DNA of 64,000 nucleotides from Eledone cirrhosa (Eukaryota). The stretch covers positions 200,570,001 to 200,634,000 of the forward strand of contig OZ024740.1 of the NCBI GenBank assembly GCA_964016885.1, written 5' to 3'. Of the stretch, positions 1 to 10,246 are shown in pieces (the stretch's first letter is position 1; each line of letters begins with the position of its first letter). The position numbers and the translations under genes were made by a program. The notes under the pieces are model-generated. The model saw only the letters and a program-made list of their open reading frames with translations, was not told the DNA's origin and made no database searches.

Positions 1-3000
1 CTTTTTCGGAGAGGTTTGGATCTCGCCATACGGGCCATCTTCCTGGACCCAGAAGGTAAGTTGGTGGTGCTTAGACGTGACCAGCGGAGACTGGCAAGCT
101 TTCAGGCTAGTGGCCGTCTATGCCCCGACAGGAGCATCGGCCTGATTTCTTCCCGCGTCTGGAGACGTTTCTTGGAACGTCCCGCTCTTTAGTGTTAGTG
201 GGCGACTGGAACGGTATCTTAGATGCACGCTGGGACTGTGTGGGATTAGCGGATAGGGGAGGAGGGTGCAAGAGCCTCACCAACCTGCTCAGGCGTTTTG
301 AACTGTGTGACAGGTACCGATTGGATTTCCCGAATGTGACAATGTTGACATGGACAAATCGCATAGGGTCATCCAGATCATATCTAGATAGAGTATTTTG
401 TAGAGAAATAGATAGGTCTAACATAGGCTGTCCACAATTCAAGATAGACAGCTACACGGACCACAAATTCGTGATCTGTGTGCTCGACTTAGATAGGCTT
501 CATAGACGAGAACCTGGCTACTGGAAGCTAAACGCGTCCTTACCAGCGCGCAAGGCCTACAGAGACCGGATTAACGAACTAGTTAAGCGGGCGTTGACGG
601 GGGCCATCGTCAACAACAAGTGGTTGTTTTCTATGAAAAGAGCAATTAGAATAGAGTCCATTGGGTTTAGTAAGGCTTTAGCAATAGAGAAAAATAGAGC
701 AGTGGGAGAATTAGTTAGAAAATTAGATGAGGCGCTTAGCAAAGGCATCGCGACCGACGTACATGCGGCAAAATTGGCCCTTGACCAATTCTTCAATGCA
801 AAGCACGAAGGCTGCGTTGTCAGAGCTAGGGTGCGTGCTCTCAGAGACGAGGAGACGAAAGCCGTTCAATAGGCCCGAATGGCGGAGCCGCGTCGTGGCA
901 ACAAAGCTACGATCCTGTCTTTGGTGGACCACGACGTGCGCATGCTACTCGTTCCCGGGCAAACGTGTGAAGCTTTTCAGTGACACTTCGCTTAGATTTT
1001 TCGGGGCAGCGGTGGGCCGGATCGAGGGATGGACTTTAGTGTCTACCTCGACGGGCTGCCGCGGCACTCGGCCACTGAGGCGGAGTGTTGCGAAAAGCCG
1101 ATAACAGCCAATGAAGTAAGGGAGGAAATGACTGGCAGCACAAGGGTTAAATCGCCTGGTTTGGATCGTCTGCCCTATGAACTTTACGTACAGATGCCAG
1201 ACTTGTTCGGAGGCCTCTTGGCGGACGTCTACTGCAACTGGCAACATAATGGGAGAATTCCCAGCTCTGTGAGCCGAGGAGCGGTAGAACTGCTGAGAAA
1301 GGATCCGAACAAGGGGGATAACATAGATAATTTCAGGCCCATAACTCTGCTAAACACAGAGTTCATGATTTTGGCCAAGGTGTTAGCAAAGAGGTTGGCG
1401 CTTGTCGTTGGTGGTCTGGTGGGAGAGGCGCAGACATGCGCCATTTCCGACAGATCCATCCACGACAACCTCCACCTCATGCGATACATCGTAGAGAGGG
1501 TAGCTAGGGAACCTGGCACGGGTGGGTCCTTGATCAATTTATATCAGTCGAATGCTTTCGATAGGTAAGTCCTGAGGGCGGCTGGCTTTGGGCCCGTCTT
1601 CAGAGGCTGGATCGCTGCCATGCACAGCGACATCTGCTCTGTGGTGAGAGTGAACGGTCACCTTTCGGAACCGTTCAACATCATGCGCTCGGTCCGCCAA
1701 GGATGTCCCCTCTCGTCCCTATTGTACGTATTGACTCTCGAGCCATTACTGCACAAACTGGAGACGTTGAGGGGCGTCCCGCGCGACCTAGGATGCGGAA
1801 GATCCGTGTCAGCATATGCGGACGATGTCACCGTAGTGGTGTCGAACGCCAAACACATCGAGGCGATTGGCACTACACTAAGAGAATACGAAGCGGTGAC
1901 AGGAGCAATGATCAACCAGGAAAAGTCAGTGGGCCTGCAGCTCGGCACCTGGAGAGGCAGGTCCATGCCGTCCAAAAGCGTCGCCGGGCGCTGGACGGAC
2001 GGACCGGTTAAATTGCTAGGGGTCTGGTTCGGTCCGGGCCTCCAGACGGACAAAAACTGGGACGAGGTGACGAGCAGAGTGGCTTCTCTCACCCGGAAAT
2101 GGCGGAGAGGAAGCTATCCCTGAAAGGTCGAGTGGAGGTGACTAACGCGTACATCACGTCTGTCATCTGCTACCGCCTTACCGTCGTACCTTGTCCTAAG
2201 CCCCGTCTGACTGCTCTGGAACGTTTGCTCTTTCGCTTTTTGTGGAAGGGACGCGCTCCGATGGTCAGGCAGTCTATCTGTTGTCAACACCCGCTACGTG
2301 CAGGGCTGGGAATGCCGTGGCTGATGATGCGCAGACACGCGCTCAGGCTACGACATCTCCAGCTCTTCCTCGACGGTGATCAGGTGTGGTCGCCGTTTGC
2401 TAGACACGTATTTCCCCATCTCGTTTCCTTGACGGAGCTGCAGTCCTGGGTCAAGAGAAAACCGAGAGGGAGCGCCTGGAGACTGGAATGTCTTCAGGCG
2501 CTCACAGCCCTCGACCAATTGGGCAATGTGATCGCTGGAAACTCCACCTCGGCGTTCTATAGAGGATTAGTGGAGGGGAAGAGCGACGACGTACTTGGGG
2601 AAACTCTAGGCGTCGACGAAAATCAACTAGCCAATCTCTTCGGAAGCACTTTCGGGCCGGGGCCTATGGACAACTTCCAGAAATCTCTGGCCTGGCAGTG
2701 CTACCGAGGATCCTTGCCAGTTCGAGATAAACTCTACAGGCATGGAGGTGCCGTCAACCGGGCATGTCCGTGATGCGTGCAGGGCGACGAAACCGTCCTG
2801 CACGCATTCGTCCAGTGTCCGAAAATTGCTGACTTGTGGGTTCATGTCGAACACCTGCTGTCGCGTGTAGGACGGATCCGGCTATCATCTGAGTCCATCG
2901 TGAGGATTGCCCGGCCCTCTTCCTTTAGCCGGGAAGGGCAGGCAGTTTTTATCTGTCTGGTGACCATGGCCAAAGAGATAGTATGGTGGACACGTTTGAA

Positions 3001-3430
3001 AGGGCTGAAGACAAGCACTTACCTCTTCGGTGATGCCCTGATTGACCTTTTCAAATTTCATTTGAAAAGGAAAATCAGAGTAGAGAGGGAAGTGCTCTCT
3101 TTCCAGCATTTTGTTGAAAGATGGGTGAGAGAAGCAAGAAAGGCCCGAGTGAATGGGCCTACTCTGAGTATGTATCTGTAAATTAAACGTGGAAAACTGG
3201 GAGAAGGCACTTGCCTTGGTGGTCAGGGTCACTGTGGCCTTTTACTGGGCTTTCTTCACAAATGTCCCTCCGAAGTCTCCCCCCTATTGGGGAATTTTTC
3301 ATTGTTATTTTTTGTTACATCCTCTGTTTTTGTTTTTTATACGCAGAAATGCCCATTTGTACCGTCCTGTATTGTCCTGCACTGTCCTTAATGTCTACTT
3401 TATGTAAACACTTGTGGTTAATAAAGAAAT
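1..3430 (+). mobile_element. Tx1/L1-like non-LTR retrotransposon ORF2 (AP endonuclease, RT, C-terminal CCHC zinc finger) plus 3' UTR; decayed, runs off the window start
   Basis: ORF pieces 120-872 (LVGDWN, SYLDRVF, TDHK, GYWKLN), 1029-1568 (KSPGLD, FRPITLLN), 1620-2123 (VRQGCPLS, YADD), 2099-2773 and 2777-3181 (CPxC..ETVLHAFVQC). Several stops and frameshifts. AATAAA near 3420 runs into (ATT)n. Confidence 0.93.
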
Positions 3431-3515
3431 CATTATTATTATTATTATTATTATAATTATCATCATCATCATTATTATTATTATTATTATTATTATAATC
3501 ATCATCGTTATTATC
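3431..3515. repeat. (ATT)n/(ATC)n microsatellite at the LINE 3' end
   Basis: Visible trinucleotide runs. Confidence 0.95.
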
Positions 3516-3529
3516 AATTCGACATAGTG

Positions 3530-4911
3530 ATAAAACCACGGACGGAACAACCGTCTTTCCCCAAGAAAACTAAGGTAGGTAGCATTTCACACTTTTTTCT
3601 TCATCCAACATGATTCTTTCAAGATAGGTAGTGTAAATGCACGTGATCTGCGATCGTCTTGATAGCACGGTCACCCGCTCAACGACCTCAGGTCACTAAA
3701 CATAGATGTGGTGCTTGTCATTGAGACCAGAATATCCAACACGTGAAATTTCACGCCCATCTTCTGCGGCTACGAAGGGTAAGCAACTCGAAGCCGTCCC
3801 TGATCTGGGGATGGTTTGGCTGTGCTATTTTGGAAAGGGCTGGATCTTGCAATATGGACCACCTTCCTGGATCCAGAAAGTAAGTTGGTGGTGCTGGATG
3901 TGAGTAGCAGCGAAGGCTATGCTTTCAGCCTAGTTGCTGCCTATGCCCCGACAGGTGCGGGACGGACTGATTTCTTCAGACGCCGAGAGACCTGTTTAGG
4001 AACGTCCCGCTCTTTAGTGTTAATGGGAGACTGGAACGGTATCTTGGATGCACGCTGGGACTGTGTGGGACTAACAGATAGGGAGGGAGAGTGTAAAAAT
4101 CTTGCAAACCTGCTTAGACGCTTCCAACTGTCTGACAGGTACCGACTGGATTTCCAGAATGTGCCAACGTGGAAATGGACAAACAGCATCGGGTCATCTA
4201 GATCGTATTTAGATAGGGTATTCTGTAGATAACTCTAGTTTAAGTTGTCCACAATTCAAAGTAGTCGATTACACAGACCACAAATTTGTATTCTATGTGG
4301 TCAATCTAGATAGGCTTCATAAACAGGGAGCTGGGTACTGGAAGCTAAGCGCGTCATTCCCGGCGCGGAAAAGACTACAAAGAAGGGATCAGTATACTAT
4401 TTAGGCGAGCGTTGACGGGAGCAATCATCAACAACAACAGAAGGTTCGCCCTAAAATGCGCTGTTTGAGCAGAATTGATAAGATTTAGTAAGGCTGAAAT
4501 AATTGAGAAAACTAGAGTAGAGGGGGATCTAATTAGAAAACAAGAAGAGGCATTTACTAAAGACATTACAGCCAACGTACTCAAGGCGGGATTGACCCTG
4601 GACGAATTCTTAAATGCTAAGCACGAGGGCTGTGAGGTCAGAGCAAGGCACGTGATTTAAAACACGAGGGGACGGGAGCCGTTCAATAAGCGCAAATGGC
4701 GGGTGCGAGGCGTGGTAACAAATCCACAATACGATCTTTGGAACACCACGTCGGGTGAATGGCACTTGATCACAAGCAGATGTGCGAGGTCTTTCGGCAA
4801 CACTTCACTCAAATCTCTGGGAGCAGTGGCGAGTCAAACCGAGAGATCGATTTCAGAGCCTATCTCGATGACTTTCCGTGGCTCGCAGCAAAGGAGGTGG
4901 AGTGTTGCGAA
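3530..4911 (+). mobile_element. Second, diverged Tx1/L1-like copy, endonuclease region only, 3'-truncated
   Basis: ORF 3816-4232 (LMGDWNGILD, SYLDRVF) is collinear with 1-1095. Homology stops after GGAGTGTTGCGAAA at ~4911. Confidence 0.9.
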
Positions 4912-7360
4912 ACACAAATTCTTTAGGGATGCGCTGTGGGAATTCACTAGGGAAATTTTCCATCCAGAATTGTATTGCCTCTATACCTAGGTTGTGTGGG
5001 ATATTGGAATATAAATTGATGACATCAAAGGTTACTAGTAGGGTATGTTCATTATTGAGTGTTGTTGGGAGGTGGTTGAGCATGTCAAGGTCGTCCCTTA
5101 TGAAGCTTTTTATGTGTTTTAGGAAAGGTTTAAGCAGAATATCTAGGAAGTTGCTTAGGCGGTGGGTTTCACATGTGGTGCCTGCTATTATGGGTCTTAA
5201 TTTAAGGTCACCAGGAGGGGCTATATTGATGTAAACGTCTGTGGCTTGCTTGCGGGACCTACCTATTACTTCGCTTTTGTGTGTCTTGGGGATACCGTAG
5301 AAGAGGCTGGTTCTGCTTTTGAAATTGGTGATGTAGTTGTAATAATCTGTCTCCATAAGGACTACTGCACTCCCTTTATCTTCCTCTTTGATTGTTAGGG
5401 TTTTGTCGTTTTTTAGACTGTTAAGATCATTCCATTCTTTTTTGCTTAAGTTTGGTTTTTGTTATGTCTGTGTAAGTGGTCGTATGGGTAATTTGTAATG
5501 TGTTCACAGAATTGATCGAGGAATTTATTCTTGCCTTTTGGTGGGGTGTAGTTGATTCTATTTCTGGCTATTGAGTCATCCTCATTGTATTTGTCGTATA
5601 GTTGTTCGCTGAGTCTTAGTTTTCTACAGAATTCTGCAATATCTTCCTTCATTTCGGGGTAGTTTGGTTGTTGGGGAGTTGGTGTAAATTTAAGACCTTT
5701 GGAGAGTATGTTGATTTGGTCTATTGTTAATTCTTTAGAGGTTAAATTGACAATTTTTATAGCATTTTGTGTCTCTTGTGTTTTTTGTGTTATCTTGTAA
5801 TCCTGTGTCTGTGTGCTGTGTCTAAAAAATGATTACGGAAGTTGTGATGGCTGTTGAAGTTTGGATGTCTCTTATAGTTGTATTGGCTCCTGCTGTTGTT
5901 GTAAGACGGTGTGTAGCTGTGGTGGTTGTTGAGTTTAGGTTGTATTGAGCCCTGCTGATGTTGTTGTAGGGTCTGTAGATTTGATGGACGTGGTTATAGG
6001 GTGTGAAGTTGTGGTGGTTGTTGAAGTTGGGTTGTATCGTATGGTTGTGTTGAGCACTGCTGTTGTTGTAGGGTGTGTAGACTTGGTGGTAGTTGTAGTA
6101 GGGTTGTCTCGTGTGGTCATATTGAGTCCTGTTGTTGCTGTTATATGGTGTGTAGCTATGGTGGTTGTAGTGGTTAGGGTGTCTCGTGTGGCTGTATTGT
6201 CCCCTGCTGGTATTGTTGTAGTAGGATGTGGTTAGTGGGGGAGGGTAGATTAGAGTTTCCTTATAGCAGGTGTGTGGTTGTGAGGCCCTGTGTGACATGT
6301 GTAGTAGTTGTGTAATTTGGGTTTTATGTTGGAAGTAACGATGGTTGTGTGTTTGTTGTGTGGGAGTGTTAGGGGGGTTGTAAGTGTGGGGGATTTTATG
6401 GTTTCTACTGGTAGGAGAGAAGTTGTAGTGTCTATCTTGTAGCTGATGTTTCTCTATTACTATATTTGTTGCTTGGGAGTCCGTGTGGTAGTTGTGTGGA
6501 AGATGTAGGAGGTAGAGGCGAGGTGATGCCTTCTTTTGTTGGTATGTGGGGAGGTATTGTTCTTTTGTTGTTGTTGGTTGTTGTGTGGTGTTTGGGTGTT
6601 GAGTGAGTTTTCTTGTTATTATGGTTTTAATGAAGGGGCTCTTAGATGTGTGTTCTTTTTGGAAAAGTTTTTCATAGTTAGAGAACCAGGTTTCATTTAT
6701 TTCCAAGCTTTGAAGGGATTTTAATTCTTCCTTATTACGGTCCTCTAACCATAATTTTGAAATATTTTCTAGGGTGGTGTCTTTGGTTATATTGATAATT
6801 GCTAGATTAATCTCATCGTCGATTGATTTGATCCTATCTTCATTTGCTTGGGCTCTCAATTTAAGGAGTTCAATTTCGGTTTTTATGTTATCAAGTGCCA
6901 TTCTTTTCTTGAGGCGTCTTTGTGTCTCTGTTTCGTTTGGGATGGATTTAATTTGTAGTTTGCCGGGGATGATTAATGGGGATGAGTTAATCCATTTTTC
7001 ATAGATCTCCGCTTTGTTATTGTTTTGTATCATCTTCCAAAAGGAGAATTTCCTGTTATTAACAGATGTGTACCATTGTGGTATTAATTTGTTTTTTATT
7101 TGGTAAGTTGTAAGTGTATTAGTGTCATGTGTATTTTCATTCGTTTGAATAGGATTTGTGTTGTTATTCAGGTGTGTTTTTATTGTTTCACATAAGTTAT
7201 TGATATTGTCGTTGATTTCATAGGATGTGTATTTCGGGATTGTTTCTTCACTTATAGAGTTAAGTTTGTTGGTGCGTATTGACAAATTAGAGTTAATTTT
7301 TTATAGTTCTTGGAGTATCTCTTGATTGATGCTGATGAGAATGGAGTCTGTTTTTGTTTT
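4912..7360 (-). mobile_element. Penelope-like element with an upstream ORF1 and the N-terminal half of RT; C-terminus missing
   Basis: RT-frame motifs IVNLTSKELT..LSKGLKFTPTP (~5755-5675), FYGIPKTHK, LRPIIAG and LVTFDVINLYSNIPH (4853-5356). Upstream ORF at 5822-7285. Confidence 0.85.
5790..7285 (-). pseudogene. ORF1 of the two-ORF PLE: helical/coiled-coil-like N-terminal part, His/Tyr/Asn-rich repeats at the C-terminus
   Basis: 487-aa ORF. After QYN(L) the repeat motif continues in another frame ending RNHFLDTAHRHRITR* (TAA 5792-5790), indicating an internal indel. Confidence 0.65.
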
Positions 7361-7496
7361 AGTAGGCATTTTCTTATCTTGCGTGGGAGTGAATAATAAT
7401 AATAATAAAATGTGGAGAGGAAGCACACGAGTTAGGATATATATACAATAGAAGTAAATATATACCCAAATAAAAATGAAAAAATCAAAAATAATA

Positions 7497-7652
7497 ATTT
7501 TCTCCACTTTTGGCACAAGGCCAGCAATTATCTCATTGCATTACTGGTACTTTATTTTATCGACCTTGTAAGGATGAAAGGCAAAGTGAACCTCGGTTGG
7601 ATTTGAACTCAGAATGGAAAGGGCCGTAACTCTATGCATCAAAGCATGGCGT
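7497..7652 (-). mobile_element. tRNA-derived SINE, 5'-truncated
   Basis: Reverse complement of the family at 24398-24590 (GAGTTCAAATCC B box, GCCTTTCATCCTTAC..GTCGATAAAATAAAGTACCAG). Confidence 0.85.
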
Positions 7653-7659
7653 AATAATA

Positions 7660-7847
7660 ATTGTTTCTACTTTTGGCACAAGGCCAACACTTATCACAGT
7701 GTATTACTGGTACTTTATTTTATCGACCCTGTAAGGATGAAAGGCAAAATTAACCTCGGCGGTATTTGAACTCAGATCATAAAGGGCCGTAACTCTTTGC
7801 TGCATATCGTGGCGTCTCACCCTCTACCGATACTGCCAATCCACCGC
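7660..7847 (-). mobile_element. tRNA-derived SINE, near full length
   Basis: A box TGGCAGTATCGGTAG and B box on the minus strand; same central domain. Confidence 0.88.
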
Positions 7848-8293
7848 AATAATAATAAAGTAGAATAATACATACATATGTGCACGCGCGGAAGTTATAC
7901 ATACAATCACGTATACCCAAATGTACAAGATACACATGTGTGGGCATACTAGCGCGTTATAAATGAAACATGCTGTATCAAAACATCTATAATATTAAAG
8001 CCGTGTGTATTATGTATGTATGTATCCTACACACCTCCCTATAGTTTTTTTTAGCTTTACTCTCTCCGTCGCTCTTCCCTCTCTCTTTAATAGATCATTC
8101 CCCCTCTCTATAATTTAACTGCTTTACTCTCTCTGTCGTTCTTCACTCTCAACTATTATAAAGCTGAGCGTCGTCTCTCTCTATCTCTTTCCCTCGTTCA
8201 CTCTCTCTATAATTTAACTGCTTTACTCTCTGTCTCTCTTCACTCTCTATAAGACAACACTCTTTTACTTTCTGCAGCTACCTTCAATATATA

Positions 8294-8581
8294 CCCAGGT
8301 TCTGCTGCACGTCGGGCTGAAGGGGCCAAACTCCTCAAATACCGGTCGCTCTCCGACAGGTTTGCGGTCGTACCTCTGGCAGTGGGGACTTCTGGTGTCC
8401 TCAGACCCAGGGCTACCTCCTTACTCACCACCGTAGGCGCTGAGCTGGCCAGCCGCAGGCGTGAGCCCCGCGAGTTGGAGTGGCTTTTCCAGCGCGTCTC
8501 CCTTGGCGTCCTCTGGGGAAACGGCTTCTCCATTCTGTCCGCCGGGGCTCTAGGTGCGCCCCATTGCGTACCGTTGTAGTT
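8294..8581 (+). mobile_element. 3' fragment of the CRE-clade element (end of RLE domain)
   Basis: Near-identical to reverse complement of 19534-19825 (TSGVLxPRATSLL..WLFQRVSL.VL.GN). Confidence 0.88.
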
Positions 8582-8974
8582 GTTGTATACAGATATTAAC
8601 TCATCAATCCATTATTTATATCATATATCAACATAGAGATGAGCGTCGTATGTATGTTTATTTCAAAAGGATAACCTCCTTCAAATTCGGTCAACACACA
8701 AGCAGGTAATACTTACATCAAAACGCAACCCTCTTGAAAGACAGAGAGTGAAAGAGACAGATTAGGAAAACTACACACACACACATCTAAAGAGAAAGAG
8801 AGAGGTGAGAGGAGAGAGATAGGGAAACAGAAACAGAGGGACGGGCAAGTAGGAAATACATACATCTAAAATCATTTGGATACAAATATCATAATATAAT
8901 GGTTGCAGAACGAAAATGCAGACAGATATAATAATGTATGTATCCCACACACTTTTTCTGTCGTCGCTCTCATA

Positions 8975-8978
<4 letters not shown>

Positions 8979-9038
<60 letters not shown>

Positions 9039-9351
9039 CACACACACAGACACACACACACACATACACACAGACACGCACACACACACAAATACACATA
9101 CTTTCACACCTGATTTCGCCAATTGCCGGATAACATCAAACAAAACACACAGACACACACATGCACATACACATATACACAAACACACATACGCATACAC
9201 AAACACACACACACATATCTATACTTTATATATATGTATGTATTATGTAAGATCATACCCCCTCTCTATAATTTTTACTCTCTCTGTCGCTCTTCACTCT
9301 CTATATGACAAACACTGTTTTAGTTTCCGTATCTCCCTTCAATATATACAC

Positions 9352-9409
<58 letters not shown>

Positions 9410-9517
9410 AGGAAAACTACACATACATATCTACAGAGAGAGACAGAAAAACAGAGGGAGGGGGAAAAGACAGAGATAGGCCGTTAGACAGAGCGAGATA
9501 CAATTAAAGTGTTAGTT

Positions 9518-9567
<50 letters not shown>
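8979..9567. repeat. (CA)n and (GA)n microsatellite cluster
   Basis: Visible dinucleotide runs. Confidence 0.9.
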
Positions 9568-9571
<4 letters not shown>

Positions 9572-9635
9572 AAGGACAATGTGACATGGGAGGGTGTGTG
9601 GTATATTTGCAGTGAAGTGGTGGGGTAGGTATACC

Positions 9636-9667
9636 TAGCCGGGCGCCAGCAGGACGGGCCATCTAGT
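9636..9667 (+). mobile_element. Possible Helitron 3' terminus
   Basis: GC-rich CCG..CGG segment followed by CTAG|T; the hairpin is imperfect. Confidence 0.35.
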
Positions 9668-10206
9668 AATATAATAAAGGTGGGTCATTTAGAGAAACGA
9701 CAAGAGTCATAAAATTTAGGATTACACAAACAGAATGGGTGGATGGTCAATGGGTAATGCATTCTCATTTTGATTATCACCTAACGAGGGCTTCAAAAAT
9801 TGTGGCTTCGCAAGACAGGCAAAGAGTCCGACACACATGAATGCACGCGACGATTTGACCGGATGAAAGATAGACGTTGTTTTGTAACTAAACCAATTAT
9901 ATGACTGATAATGAACCAATGAGCGAATACCGCTGTATGCCACGTTGATGGAATGTGGTAAATATAACAAGAAATTGGGAGATATTCATCCACCATCAGA
10001 GACGAGCTTTATATTGAAGCATGTCTGGGGATCTTTCAATTCCAGAGTCAGGTTCGATCACTAATAGAACGTTCCTCGAGCATATGTAATATGTTAGTAA
10101 ATATGGTAAGATGCAACACTAATTCTTCGTTCTTTACTCTAATACTATCGATACTCTGCTCACTCGGCATACCGCCTACGGACGCAATTATCTTGCAACA
10201 CTACAC

Positions 10207-10245
<39 letters not shown>

Positions 10246-10246
<1 letters not shown>

